Below are positions 33,756 to 44,063 of a DNA stretch of 64,000 bases, in pieces; position 1 is the first letter of the stretch; every line of letters starts with the position of its first letter. The notes below the pieces were generated by a model. The model was given only the letters and a program-made list of their open reading frames with translations, made no database searches and was not told the DNA's origin. Both the position numbers and the translations under genes were made by a program. Source of the stretch: an uncultured delta proteobacterium (GTDB lineage: Bacteria; Myxococcota; Myxococcia; Myxococcales; Anaeromyxobacteraceae); NCBI GenBank assembly GCA_963828255.1, contig CAWHDZ010000007.1, positions 128,001-192,000 on the forward strand, in the 5' to 3' direction.

Positions 33756-36509
33756 ATGTCCGGAGGGGCATCGCCGGTGAAAGCGTGGAAATGGGTGGGA
33801 CGGACGGCGATCGCCGCCGTCGTGCTGGGGCTGGTTCTCGCCGGCCTCCTGGCCTTCGTCGTCCCCGGCATCGCCATCGCCAAGGCCTCCAGGGGAATGG
33901 AGGCGGCCACGGGGCGGAAGCTCGCCGTCGGCGCCCTCTCCATCCACCCGTTCACCTGGCAGGTCGAGGTCAAGGACCTGTCGCTCTCCGAGCCGGGAGG
34001 GAAGGGGACCTTCGCCTCCTTCAGGAGTGGGACGGTGACGGTGAGCCCGTCGTCGATCTGGCGGGGGGCGCCGATCATCTCCCAGGTCAGGCTGGTCGAG
34101 CCCCACTTCAATGCGATCCGCACCGGACCCGGCGCCTTCAACTTCTCCGACCTGATCAAGTACCTGATCGTGCCGGTGCCGGCGCTCTCCCTGAACGACG
34201 TCGCCATCACGGGCGGCTCCATCGATTTCCTCGATCGGGCGCTTCCCCAGGAGGAGCGCCACACGGTGCGGGATGCAGAACTGATGATCCCGTTCCTCAC
34301 CACCATCCCCGCGCTGGCGAGCCAGTTCGGCAACCCGAGCTTCCGCGCTCTCGTCGACGGCGCACCTCTCGCCATCGAGACCCAGGTCCGGGGACTGCCG
34401 AGGAACCCGGAGGTCTCCGCGAAGGTGGACCTCCGGAACGTCTCGCTCCCGGTCTACCTGGCCTACCTTCCGGCCCGGATCCCGGTGCAGGTCGATTCCG
34501 GCGCGCTGTCCGTGCAGGGGACCGCGAGCTATCGCGTCACCGAAGCCGCCGGGCCGGAGATCGCATGGGACGGCACGGTCGAGGTCGAGGGGATCGAGTT
34601 CTCCGAGCCCCCGAGCCCGGGGCGCGTGGCGATCTCCGGGGTCGCATTCCGTTCCAGGGTCTCCCTGGGAAGGAAGAGGGGCATGATCCTCGACGGCGGG
34701 TCGGTGGAGATCCGCGACCTCTCGGTTCCGTTCGGGAAGACCGACGGAATGAAGCTCGGGCTCCTGTCCGCCACCGGGGCAAGGTTCGTGCAGGAGGAGA
34801 ACCGGCTCGACGTCGATGGCGTCCTGCTCTCCGACGGGCGCGTCCGCATGTCCAGGGATCGCAAGGGAGTCTTCTCGCCCGTGCCACTCCTCGAGCACCT
34901 GCAGCGCAAGCTTCCCAGGGCCCCCCCGTCGGCCGGCGAGCCGGTCCAGTACCGGGTGAAGAAGCTGGAGGGGAAGAATCTCGAACTTTCCTTCACCGAC
35001 GGGACCAGGAAGGAACTCCCCAGCTTCACCGTGTCCCGCGTGACCTTCCAGGCGGACGAGGTCACCGGACCGCTGGCCGGGCCCATCGCCTTCTCGTGCG
35101 GCGCCCGGGTCGGGAAGGCCGCCACCTTCAAGGCCAGGGGCAAGGTCGTCCCCACGCCCCTCGCGGCCGACGTCGATCTGGAACTGAAGGGGTTCGACCT
35201 ATCGGCAGGTAAGCCCTACGTGCCTGAAGGCATGGAACTCTCGATCGCCGACGGGCGGCTCGACCTGCGCCTGGCCGTGGCCCTGGCGACGCGCAAGGAC
35301 CAGCTCACCGGGACCTACGAGGGCTCGTACGCGGTCCGATCCCTGAAGCTCCTGGGTCGAAGGCGGGGAAAGCTCGTCGCCTGGGAAGAGCTCTCCGTCG
35401 AGGGGATGAAGGGGACCGTCGATCCGATGACGCTCCGGGTCGGCAAGGTGGTGCTTTCCGGCCTGCGGGCCGACCTGGTCAAGGGGAAGGACGGGAAGCT
35501 CAACGTTCCGGAGCTGCCGAAGGAGGCTCCAGAGGCGGCCGCGACGCCGTCCCCCGCCGCAGGCCCGGGCGACGCCGGACTGCGGTCGATCCGGGTCGAC
35601 GAGTTCGTGTTGAAGGACGGGGCCGTGAACTTCACCGACGAGGGCGTTCCCGGGGACTTCCACGCATCCATCCAGGACATCTCCGTCCGCGTGACGGGCA
35701 TCTCGTCGGAGCCGGGGAAGGTCGCGACGGTTCGCGCGCAGATGACCCTGCCGCGGGGCGCGCCCCTCCACGTCTCCGGCAAGGCGGCGCCGCTGAAGAG
35801 ACCCGCCTTCGCCGACCTCGACCTCGTCCTGGAGGGGCTCGACCTGTCGACCGCCACGCCGTACGCCGGCGTCCACCTCGGCCTGGAGATCGATCGGGGT
35901 TCTCTCACGGTGAAGTCTCGCGCCAGGGTGGAGCAGGGCAAGCTGGGGGCCGAGAACCGGATCCGCGTGGATCAGCTGACCTTCGGGAAGGCCGTGAAGA
36001 GCGACAAGGCCACCATCCTCCCCGTCCGCCTCCTGGTCGACATCATGCGCGACAAGGATGGCGACATCGTCCTCGACCTCCCGGTGTCGGCGAAGACCGA
36101 CGACGAGGACCTGGCGGGGACCATCACGGGGCAGATCGTGAAGGAGGTGATCTTCCCCCCGGGCTCCCCGCTGCGGGACATCTCCTTCGCCGCCTGCTCG
36201 GCCGAGCTCGACCCGGATGCGCAGGGCCGCCTCCGCAAGCTGGCCGGGGCGCTCCAGGAGCGTCCCGCGATGAAGATCACCGCCTTCGGCTACGTGGATT
36301 GGGAGGCCGACGGCAAGGCTTGCCCCGAGGGGGAGGCGCGCCTGAAGCAGCTCGCCGAGGGGCGCGCCGCCGCCGTGCGGGAGTTCCTCGTCCTGCAGGG
36401 GGGAGTCGAGGCGCCCCGGGTGTCGGCGGCGACCGGCGACGTCTTCGCAGCGCCGCGGGAGAAGGGCCAGAAGCAGGCACGCGTGGATTTCGCGCGGGCA
36501 ACGGATTGA
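33756..36509 (+). CDS. DUF748-domain protein with OmpA-like C-terminus
   Basis: N-terminal TM; FNFSDLI; DGDIVLDLPV; LAEGRAAAVREFL. Confidence 0.85.
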   Translation: MSGGASPVKAWKWVGRTAIAAVVLGLVLAGLLAFVVPGIAIAKASRGMEAATGRKLAVGALSIHPFTWQVEVKDLSLSEPGGKGTFASFRSGTVTVSPSSIWRGAPIISQVRLVEPHFNAIRTGPGAFNFSDLIKYLIVPVPALSLNDVAITGGSIDFLDRALPQEERHTVRDAELMIPFLTTIPALASQFGNPSFRALVDGAPLAIETQVRGLPRNPEVSAKVDLRNVSLPVYLAYLPARIPVQVDSGALSVQGTASYRVTEAAGPEIAWDGTVEVEGIEFSEPPSPGRVAISGVAFRSRVSLGRKRGMILDGGSVEIRDLSVPFGKTDGMKLGLLSATGARFVQEENRLDVDGVLLSDGRVRMSRDRKGVFSPVPLLEHLQRKLPRAPPSAGEPVQYRVKKLEGKNLELSFTDGTRKELPSFTVSRVTFQADEVTGPLAGPIAFSCGARVGKAATFKARGKVVPTPLAADVDLELKGFDLSAGKPYVPEGMELSIADGRLDLRLAVALATRKDQLTGTYEGSYAVRSLKLLGRRRGKLVAWEELSVEGMKGTVDPMTLRVGKVVLSGLRADLVKGKDGKLNVPELPKEAPEAAATPSPAAGPGDAGLRSIRVDEFVLKDGAVNFTDEGVPGDFHASIQDISVRVTGISSEPGKVATVRAQMTLPRGAPLHVSGKAAPLKRPAFADLDLVLEGLDLSTATPYAGVHLGLEIDRGSLTVKSRARVEQGKLGAENRIRVDQLTFGKAVKSDKATILPVRLLVDIMRDKDGDIVLDLPVSAKTDDEDLAGTITGQIVKEVIFPPGSPLRDISFAACSAELDPDAQGRLRKLAGALQERPAMKITAFGYVDWEADGKACPEGEARLKQLAEGRAAAVREFLVLQGGVEAPRVSAATGDVFAAPREKGQKQARVDFARATD

Positions 36510-36583
36510 TTCGGCGAAGCCCGGCGCCGACGGAACCGGAATGTCGGGCGCCCGGTGCCCCTCGGGAGTAAATAACCCTTTCC

Positions 36584-37633
36584 TTGTCCGCCCCCGATCC
36601 CCGCGAAGCTCCAAACCCCTGGTACGCCCGCTGGGCGGCGCCGATCCTCAACGACCCCCGCGACGTGGTCATGGTCGCGCTCATCATGCAGTGCCTGGCC
36701 CTGGCGGCCGCCGGCGTCGGGCTCTTCTTCGCGGGCTCCTGGTTCTGGTGGCTCGTCCCGGTCTACGGCGTGGCGCTCTTCGCCGGTCTCATCGACCGCT
36801 TCACGCTCATGCTCCACTGCACGTCCCACCGGCAGCTCTTCAAGCCCCGCTACGCGCTCGCCAACCAGATCATCCCCTGGGTGCTCTCGCCGTTCCTGGG
36901 GCAGACCCCCGAGACCTACTTCGCCCACCACATGGGCATGCACCACGTCGAGGAGAACCTCCCCGACGACCTGAGCTCGACCATGCGCTTCCGCCGGGAC
37001 CGGCTGGGCGACTGGCTCCAGTACTATGGACGCTTCATGACCGTGGGCGTGCTCGACCTGTCCCGCTACTTCTCCCGCCGCGGCAAGCGAAAGCTGCTCC
37101 GTCGCGTCGCGCTGGGGGAGGGGATCTACTGGACGTCGATGGCCGTGTTGCTCTACGTGAACCCGGCCGCGACCTTCGTGGTCTTCCTGCTCCCGCTCCT
37201 CGTCATGCGCACCATGATGATGGCCGGCAACTGGGCCCAGCACGCCTTCCTCTGCCCGGAGCAGCCGGAAAATCCATTGCGCGCCAGCATCACCTGCGTG
37301 GGCACCCGCTACAACCGGCGGTGCTTCAACGACGGCTACCACGCCGTGCACCACGTCGTGCCCCGTTGCCACTGGACCGAGCACCCGGCCCATTTCGAGA
37401 AGAACATCGCCGAGTACGCCCGGAACGACGCCGTGGTCCTCGAGGGGGTGGACTTCTTCCAGGTCTGGCTGCTCCTCATGACCGGGAACTGGGCGCGCCT
37501 GTCCCGGGCCTTCGTGCGCCTCCCCGGCGCACCGGCGCGGACCGACGCCGAGGTGGAGGCGTTCCTCCGGAGCCGCGTCCTTCCGTTCCAGGGCGCGGCC
37601 GCCCGGGCTCCGGTCACTGCGCCGGCGGCGTGA
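36584..37633 (+). CDS. Membrane fatty acid desaturase family
   Basis: His boxes HCTSH, HHMGMHH, YHAVHH. Confidence 0.85.
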   Translation: MSAPDPREAPNPWYARWAAPILNDPRDVVMVALIMQCLALAAAGVGLFFAGSWFWWLVPVYGVALFAGLIDRFTLMLHCTSHRQLFKPRYALANQIIPWVLSPFLGQTPETYFAHHMGMHHVEENLPDDLSSTMRFRRDRLGDWLQYYGRFMTVGVLDLSRYFSRRGKRKLLRRVALGEGIYWTSMAVLLYVNPAATFVVFLLPLLVMRTMMMAGNWAQHAFLCPEQPENPLRASITCVGTRYNRRCFNDGYHAVHHVVPRCHWTEHPAHFEKNIAEYARNDAVVLEGVDFFQVWLLLMTGNWARLSRAFVRLPGAPARTDAEVEAFLRSRVLPFQGAAARAPVTAPAA

Positions 37634-38321
37634 GGACGGCGTCCAGCTCGGAGTAGGCGTGCTTGAGCCAGGCGCGCACGCGCTGGCGTTCCATGAGCCC
37701 CAGGGCTCCCGGTTCCTTGCTGGTCCCGTTGGCCGCCGCCCAGAAGCTGGCGCTGCCGGCGTCGATCTTGCGCATGGCGGCGTCCTGCAGGCGACGCAGC
37801 CGCACGACGCGGGCGCCGAGCCCCAGCGCGCGCTCCCGCTCTCCCGACCGCTCCAGGGTGGAGAAGTCGTCGCCGCGCAGCTCGTTCAGCACGAGCACGT
37901 AGCCGAGACGGTCGCCGAAGCGGTCGAGGAGGGTCCGCAGCAGGTCCACCGAGTCGCGGCCGGAGTCCATGACGTGCCAGTAGCGGACGTCGATGCCGAG
38001 CTCGTCGGCCATGTCGAGGAAGGCCGACTCGTCGAGCCAGCGCACCAGCGGCTCCTGGGTCTGCGCGGCCAGGTCCACGAGGACGCGCCGGTCCGGTCCG
38101 TCGGCCGCCGCCTCGGCGATGCGGTCGAGGCTCTCGGTCCGGTCCACGACCACCGGCGACGCGAAGCCGGCGTAGAAGCGCAGGAGCGCGCCGTGGGACC
38201 GGTCGGAGTCGAACCCCACGAAGGGCAGCCCCTGGTTGATGAAGTGCTGGGCCACCAGGCGGGCCACCACCGACTTGCCGACCCCGCCCTTCTCGCCGCC
38301 GATGAGATCGATGCTGGACAT
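37614..38321 (-). CDS. ParA/MinD-like P-loop protein
   Basis: GEKGGVGKS deviant Walker A; VLVDLAA. Confidence 0.75.
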   Translation of the reverse strand: MSSIDLIGGEKGGVGKSVVARLVAQHFINQGLPFVGFDSDRSHGALLRFYAGFASPVVVDRTESLDRIAEAAADGPDRRVLVDLAAQTQEPLVRWLDESAFLDMADELGIDVRYWHVMDSGRDSVDLLRTLLDRFGDRLGYVLVLNELRGDDFSTLERSGERERALGLGARVVRLRRLQDAAMRKIDAGSASFWAAANGTSKEPGALGLMERQRVRAWLKHAYSELDAVLTPPAQ

Positions 38322-38331
38322 GGACTTCACT

Positions 38332-38772
38332 CTACCTCGCAACAGGCTCGGGTCGATCCGGGATCAGCGCAAACCCCAGCGCCTTCGCGTTCACCCGGAC
38401 CCGCTCGTCGCAGCTCGCCACGTCCAGGCCTCCCAGTTCCGCGTCGATGAGGCAGATCGACGCGAGGTGGAGCGCGTCGAGGGAGCGCACCGGCTCGACG
38501 GGGAACCCCTCCCGCGCCCGCCGCAGGACCTCGTCCACGAGCGGGACGACGTCGCAGGACCGCTCGAACGCGGCCACCTGCCTCTCGGCCTCCCGCGCCT
38601 CCACCGGGTCGAGCCGCGCCTCGCGGTGCGCCCGCGCGATGGCTCTCGACGCCTCGAGGAAGGTGAGGGACGAGGTGACGAGCCCTTCCCGGGAGAGCGC
38701 CGGGCCGAGCGTCTCGTCCCCGTCGAGGAGCAGCCGGAGGAGCGCGCTGGTCTCCACGTAGAGCCGCCTCAC
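38332..38772 (-). CDS. vapC: PIN-domain VapC toxin
   Basis: LYVETSAL; RSLDALHLAS; SCDER. Confidence 0.85.
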   Translation of the reverse strand: MRRLYVETSALLRLLLDGDETLGPALSREGLVTSSLTFLEASRAIARAHREARLDPVEAREAERQVAAFERSCDVVPLVDEVLRRAREGFPVEPVRSLDALHLASICLIDAELGGLDVASCDERVRVNAKALGFALIPDRPEPVAR

Positions 38773-39065
38773 TCGCCGCGCTCCGCGTCGAGCAGTTCCT
38801 GGGAGGTCCCGCTCCGCAGCTGGATTCGCGGGGTGGCGCTCCACTCGACCGGGGTGGGTTCGGCGGCGGGGTGGATGAGGCCGCGGTCCACCAGGTTCCA
38901 GTAGCGGGCCTCTGCGGGGGAGGTCTTCCGCTCCGACGCGCCTGGGGGGCGAAGCTCGGCGACGACCCGGCCGCGGTCGGTGACCAGGATGACGTCGCCG
39001 CGCGCCACGTCCTTGAGGTACGCGCTCAGCCTGGCCTTGAGGTCTCGAACGCCAGCGGTCTTCAT
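38769..39065 (-). CDS. Phd/YefM antitoxin
   Basis: MKTAGVRDLKARLSAYL...VTDRGRVVAEL; GTGA overlap with the toxin. Confidence 0.88.
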   Translation of the reverse strand: MKTAGVRDLKARLSAYLKDVARGDVILVTDRGRVVAELRPPGASERKTSPAEARYWNLVDRGLIHPAAEPTPVEWSATPRIQLRSGTSQELLDAERGE

Positions 39066-39071
39066 CCCGGG

Positions 39072-39100
39072 AATGTAGTCACGCGTGACCATAACTTCAA
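39072..39100 (-). promoter_or_regulatory. sigma70 promoter with palindromic operator for the TA operon
   Basis: TTGAAG-N17-TACATT; GTCACGCGTGAC at 39078-39089; ATG 6 nt after the -10. Confidence 0.7.
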
Positions 39101-39303
39101 TCCTGGCTCCGGGAACCGGAGCCGTTTGTCCCTGGACCAAGGGAGCCCCAATTGGGCCCCCAAAACGAGGGGCGCGAACCTCCTCGAAGGTAAAAAAATA
39201 TCGAAGTACTCCAGCAAATTCATGGCCTCTAGGTGTCTGGAGCGCCGGTCGCATCCGTGGGAAAGAGACGCCCCCCAAAAGCGATATCAGCAAGGAGCGC
39301 CCC

Positions 39304-39725
39304 CTGAACCCAGCAAGCACCCGGAACACCCTGGTCCTCGCCGTCGCAGCCCTCCTCGCCGTCGCCTGCGGAGGCGGCGCGTCCCCCGAGCAGCCGTCCG
39401 GCGCGGCCGGGAGCCCCCCCGTCCGGGCAGTCTGTGGTGGTGGTGGTGACGGCCCCGTCCCAGGTGGACCTGGCTCCAGGTGCCTCCGCCAGGTTCGTCG
39501 CCAGTGTGACCGGTACGGCCGACACGTCGGTGAAGTGGTCCGTCGCCGAGGTGGGGCGGCGGGACGGTTGCGAACGGCGTCTACTCCGCGCCGCAGGCCC
39601 CCGGCACCTACCACGTGGTGGCGACGAGCACCGCCGACCCGGCCTCGGCAACCGTGGCCCTCGGCGGCACGCTGACCTTCGGGGCGCTCGTGACCACGTC
39701 GTGCGGGACGTTCGCGTCCCGGTAG
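39304..39725 (+). pseudogene. Frameshifted Ig-like lipoprotein remnant
   Basis: Lipobox LAVACGGG; ARFVASVTGTADTSVKWSV and GVYSAPQAPGTYHVVATSTADP lie in different frames. Confidence 0.7.
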
Positions 39726-39743
39726 GGCCGTGAGGAGCGGTAC

Positions 39744-39980
39744 CTAGCCCTCGGACCAGGGGACCTCGACCGGGGCGCTGACCGCCTTCGCGTCGGACGG
39801 ATGCGGCTCGATGCGCGGGTGCTTCTCCCCGGGCCAAGGACCGCTCGAGAGATTGAGCGGGGCGGGCCTCATGTACACCTGCCGCTTGCAGACGTCGCAG
39901 ACGACGCCGTCACCGGGTTCGAGGTGCGGAACCGGACGCCAGGAGCCAGCACACGCGGTCGCTTCGGGGGACATCGCCAC
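39744..39980 (-). CDS. Small hypothetical protein with CxxC
   Basis: C...VVCDVC...H. Confidence 0.45.
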   Translation of the reverse strand: MAMSPEATACAGSWRPVPHLEPGDGVVCDVCKRQVYMRPAPLNLSSGPWPGEKHPRIEPHPSDAKAVSAPVEVPWSEG

Positions 39981-40137
39981 ACCCTAGCGCCCGGTCTGAC
40001 ACCGAAGCGAGGCGCGACGCGTCATGGGCGCACGGTACAGGGCGCGCCCCGCCGGCTCCCTGTCGGGGCTGACCATGGATCGTGTGTCAAAACTCCCTCG
40101 GTGAATTGCTATGCTGACCCCATCGAAGGGGTAGCCG

Positions 40138-40599
40138 ATGACCACCGAGGAATGCTTCGAGGCGGCAGTACAGGTCGAACACCTCATGCGCGACGTCTAC
40201 GTCGGGCTGGCGGTCCACTACACCTGTGACCCGGCCAGGCGGGAGATGCTGCGCCACCTCGCCGAGGAGGAGGAGCAGCACGCCCACCGCATCCGGCTGC
40301 TGGCCAGGACCCAGGACACCGCCGCCTGGGCCCAGGAGACCGCCGACCGGATCGCCCAGAACCTCGAGGCGATGTCCACGGAGCTCCTGGCGATCGTCCA
40401 GGAGATGGGCGACGACTTCGAGGGTGCCCCCCCCGATGGCCTCCTCCGCCGCGTGATGGCTGCCGAGGAACACTGCAGCTCCATCCACGCCGAGGTCCTT
40501 GCGGAGTCGGCCGAGATCGACGTGCAGTTGCTCTTCTCCGCGCTCGCGAGGCAGGACGTCCGTCACAAGGAGATCCTCCAGACGGCCCTCGCTTCGTAG
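40138..40599 (+). CDS. Ferritin/rubrerythrin-like protein
   Basis: LAEEEEQH and LARQDVRH four-helix motifs. Confidence 0.7.
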   Translation: MTTEECFEAAVQVEHLMRDVYVGLAVHYTCDPARREMLRHLAEEEEQHAHRIRLLARTQDTAAWAQETADRIAQNLEAMSTELLAIVQEMGDDFEGAPPDGLLRRVMAAEEHCSSIHAEVLAESAEIDVQLLFSALARQDVRHKEILQTALAS

Positions 40600-40623
40600 C
40601 TCCCCGACCACCACGGAGGCCAG

Positions 40624-41025
40624 ATGCCCGTTCCCGTCCCGGTCACGCTGCTCTACGGCGGACTCAACGCCCTCCTCATCACGATCCTCGGCATGCTGGT
40701 CAGCAAGGCCCGCTCCGCCGCCGACGTCGGGGTGGAGACACCCGTCCCGAAGGAGATGATCCGGACGGTCCGGGCCCACGGCAACGCCATCGAGTGGGTT
40801 CCGCTGGGTCTCGTCCTGCTGCTCGCGATCGAGCTGTCCGGCGCGGGGACGCGCTTCACCCTGCACCTGGCCGGCGGCACCTTGCTGCTCGCGCGCGTCC
40901 TCCACGCGGTGGGCTTCCTCGGGAAGAACAAGCTCTCGATGGTCGGCGCGGCGCTCACCTACCTGGTGCTTGCGGCGATGTCGATCTGGGCGATCGCCAT
41001 CCGCTTCATCCAGTACGGCCCGTAG
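40624..41025 (+). CDS. MAPEG family protein
   Basis: RAHGNAIEWVP; ARVLHAVG. Confidence 0.88.
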   Translation: MPVPVPVTLLYGGLNALLITILGMLVSKARSAADVGVETPVPKEMIRTVRAHGNAIEWVPLGLVLLLAIELSGAGTRFTLHLAGGTLLLARVLHAVGFLGKNKLSMVGAALTYLVLAAMSIWAIAIRFIQYGP

Positions 41026-41053
41026 GATCACCGGGCGCTTCAGGGGGCGTGCC

Positions 41054-41812
41054 TCACGCGAGCAGGGGGTCGTCCTTCGCCACGTACAGGACGTCCTCCT
41101 CGCTGGACGGTTCGTCGAGCCCGGCGAGCGCGGCGAACTCCTCGCGCCGCTTCTCGTCGAGGCCGAAGATCTCGAGGCCGAGCCCGGCCCGCTCCGGAGG
41201 GTGCTCGACACGGCGCCGCACCACCGTGTCCACCGCGAACGTGCGGCCGGTCAGGGGGTGCGTGACGAGCAGCCGGAGCTCCGAGCCGACCGCGAGGTCG
41301 AGCCCCGTGCGCAGGAACATGCCGCCGCGCGAGACGTCCTCGGTCGTGAGCGGGACGAGGTCCCGGATGGAGTGCGCAGTCACCGAGAGCGCCCGCTGGA
41401 CGCGCGGGAACTGCCGCTTCACGGCGTCGGGAGCAGCTGCGACGGGAACCACCGGCGCCTCGAGGGAATCGGGATGGGCACGCGCCACCCACTGCACGAA
41501 CCGATCCCATTGCTGCCGTGCCTCGCCGCTCACGGCATAGAGCTGGAGGCCCACGCCCGGAGCGCGCCCGACGGCCCCGGCTGGCACCACGAAGACCGCC
41601 ATGGCGTGCACCGTGAGTTCGTCGTCCCCGGGAGGCAGCTTCAGCTTCACCTGGAGCAACTGCCGGAGCGGGGGAGGATCGTCCGTGCGAAGGAACAGGC
41701 CCCGGTAGCCGACGTCGCCGGTGAGGAGTGTCGCCTCCTTCGTGCCGCGTACGACGACCACCGGCATCCGGTAGAGGTAGCGCTTGTCCCGACGCTGCTC
41801 GACTCGACCCAC
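41054..41812 (-). CDS. Tandem PilZ-domain protein
   Basis: RRDKR..DVGYRGLF; KRQFPR..DVSRGGMF. Confidence 0.85.
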   Translation of the reverse strand: MGRVEQRRDKRYLYRMPVVVVRGTKEATLLTGDVGYRGLFLRTDDPPPLRQLLQVKLKLPPGDDELTVHAMAVFVVPAGAVGRAPGVGLQLYAVSGEARQQWDRFVQWVARAHPDSLEAPVVPVAAAPDAVKRQFPRVQRALSVTAHSIRDLVPLTTEDVSRGGMFLRTGLDLAVGSELRLLVTHPLTGRTFAVDTVVRRRVEHPPERAGLGLEIFGLDEKRREEFAALAGLDEPSSEEDVLYVAKDDPLLA

Positions 41813-41886
41813 GGTGCGCCTCCCGCGGGTAGGATATCCCACGGCGGCGACGGGCGCGTGGCTCGTCGCCGCCGCGCGCGCGAGGA

Positions 41887-42132
41887 TCACTCCTTCTTCT
41901 TCAGCCGCGGCTCGTTCTCCTTGATGAAGGCACGGATGTCTTCGGCCAGGTCGAGGAGCTTCGTCCACTGCTCCTGGTAGAGCGTGACCGGGAAGCGGCC
42001 GAGGCCGTACACCGACACGCCCCCTTTCTCGCTGACCTTCATGGAGACGCCCTTGCTGCCCCGGGCCTTGAGGGCGGCGTTCTCGGCCTTCAGGCGCTCC
42101 AGTTCGGCTTGCATCTCGGATTCGGTGGGCAT
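41887..42132 (-). CDS. Small hypothetical protein
   Basis: Coiled coil + KVSEKGGVSVYGLGRFPVTLY. Confidence 0.8.
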   Translation of the reverse strand: MPTESEMQAELERLKAENAALKARGSKGVSMKVSEKGGVSVYGLGRFPVTLYQEQWTKLLDLAEDIRAFIKENEPRLKKKE

Positions 42133-42240
42133 GGTTCCCAGCATATCCACGGAGGCTGACGCAATATCCGGATCGCAACCGATTGACATGCCCAGGATCA
42201 CGATGCATCGTACCGCTAGGTATTGGTCATGACGCGCGCG

Positions 42241-42621
42241 ATGGACATCGGAAAGGACCTGGTCGCGGCATCCTCGACGCCGCTCATCCTCTCGATCCTG
42301 GCCGACGGCGAGACCTACGGCTACGCCATCGTGAAGAGGGTGGGCGAGCTGTCCGACGGCACGATCCAGTGGACCGAGGGGATGCTCTATCCCCTCCTGC
42401 ACCGACTGGAGCGGCAAGGGCACATCGAAGGTCGGTGGGGCGCGGCGGAGAGCGGCCGGAAGCGGAAGTATTACCGGATCACGGGATCGGGCAAGGCGCA
42501 CCTGGCGGAGCAGCGGCGGCAGTGGCAGGCGGTCGACGACGCCCTCCGGAACGTCTGGCGAGCGGTGTCGCTCACTGCCGGACCGGCGGGACTGGCCCGG
42601 GCGCCATCCGGGAGAGGGTGA
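42241..42621 (+). CDS. PadR-family transcriptional regulator
   Basis: YGYAI; EGMLYPLLHRLE; RKRKYYRIT. Confidence 0.92.
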   Translation: MDIGKDLVAASSTPLILSILADGETYGYAIVKRVGELSDGTIQWTEGMLYPLLHRLERQGHIEGRWGAAESGRKRKYYRITGSGKAHLAEQRRQWQAVDDALRNVWRAVSLTAGPAGLARAPSGRG

Positions 42622-42622
42622 C

Positions 42623-43993
42623 GTGGCGACGACGGTCAGCGGCGGCGCGCTGGAGGCGCAGATCGCGGAGTGGCGGTCGTTTCTCCGGCGACGCCAGGCC
42701 ATCCGGGAGGTGGACGTCGCGGAGCTGGAAGACCACCTGCGCGGTCAGCTGGACGCCCTGAAGGGCGCCGGGCTGGCCGAGGACGAGGCCTTCCTGGTGG
42801 CGGTGAAGCGCATGGGCGCCGTGGACGCGCTGTCGCAGGAGTTCGCGCGGGAGCACTCGGACCGGCTGTGGCGGCAGCTCATGGCCACGCCGGGCGCGGC
42901 GGCGGAGGGATCGGGGAGGAGGCGGAGGGAGGCGGTCGTCGCGTTCGCGCTGGCGGTCGCCGCCGCCGTGCTGGTCAAGCTACCCGTGATGTTCGGGTAC
43001 CTCCTCGAGTCGCACCGCGGGTTCTACGCCCGCAACGCCAGCCTGGCGGTGTTCCCGCTGGTGGCGGCGTACTTCGCGTGGAAGCGGGACCTTCCGGGGC
43101 GGACGGCCGGGTCGCTCGCCGCGGCCTTCCTGCTGGCGGCGCTCGTGGTCAACCTCTACCCGTTCGAGCCCCGCAGCAACACGGAGCTGCTGGCGGTTCT
43201 GCACCTCCCGATCGCGCTCTGGATCGCGGTGGGCGTCGCCTACGCCGGTGGGCGCTGGTCGGACGGGGGGCGGAGGATGGACTTCGTCCGCTTCACCGGC
43301 GAGCTGTTCATCTACTTCGTGCTGATGGCGCTCGGCGGCGGGGTGCTGACGGGGTTCACGCTGGGGATCTTCGCGAGCATCGGGGCGGACGCGGAGTGGT
43401 TCGTCCAGGGGTGGCTGCTCCCGTGCGGCGCGGCCGGTGCGGTGCTCGTCGCGTCGTGGCTCGTCGAGGCGAAGCAGAGCGTCATCGAGAACATGGCGCC
43501 GGTGCTGGGGAGACTGTTCGCGCCGCTCTTCGCCGCGGTGCTCCTGACCTTCCTCGCGACCATGCTCTGGACGGGGAGGGGGATCGACGTCGAGCGCAAC
43601 GTGCTCATCGCCTTCGACCTCCTGCTGGTCCTGGTGCTCGGCCTGCTCCTTTATTCCATCTCTGCGCGAGACTCCGACGCGCCCCCCGGGGGATTCGACT
43701 GGCTGCTCGTGCTGCTGCTGGTGAGCGCCCTCCTGGTCGACGCGCTGGCGCTGGCCGCGATCGTGGGCCGGATCTCCGGCTTCGGCTTCACGCCGAATCG
43801 CGTGGCGGCGCTCGGGGAGAACCTGATCCTGCTCGTCAACCTGGCCTGGTCGGCCTGGCTCTACGGGCGGTTCCTGCGCGGGCCAGGGTCGTTCCGGGCG
43901 CTCCTGGCGTGGCAGACCGGCTACCTGCCGGTGTTCGCGGCGTGGGCGGCGATCGTGGTCGTGATCTTCCCGCTCCTGTTCCGCTTCGCGTGA
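42623..43993 (+). CDS. Membrane protein with permease-prefix domain
   Basis: ELEDHLR..EAFLVAVKRMG then multiple TM segments; typical PadR partner. Confidence 0.8.
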   Translation: MATTVSGGALEAQIAEWRSFLRRRQAIREVDVAELEDHLRGQLDALKGAGLAEDEAFLVAVKRMGAVDALSQEFAREHSDRLWRQLMATPGAAAEGSGRRRREAVVAFALAVAAAVLVKLPVMFGYLLESHRGFYARNASLAVFPLVAAYFAWKRDLPGRTAGSLAAAFLLAALVVNLYPFEPRSNTELLAVLHLPIALWIAVGVAYAGGRWSDGGRRMDFVRFTGELFIYFVLMALGGGVLTGFTLGIFASIGADAEWFVQGWLLPCGAAGAVLVASWLVEAKQSVIENMAPVLGRLFAPLFAAVLLTFLATMLWTGRGIDVERNVLIAFDLLLVLVLGLLLYSISARDSDAPPGGFDWLLVLLLVSALLVDALALAAIVGRISGFGFTPNRVAALGENLILLVNLAWSAWLYGRFLRGPGSFRALLAWQTGYLPVFAAWAAIVVVIFPLLFRFA

Positions 43994-44063
43994 ACGGGGC
44001 GACCCAGGCGGGGAGGGCGGGTCCGCGTCGGGCGGCCCCCGCGGACTCCCCGCCGCTCATCGC

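Noticed and set aside
37614..38321. P-loop protein as evidence of a plasmid or conjugative element
   Set aside because: No relaxase, oriT, parB or T4SS genes nearby
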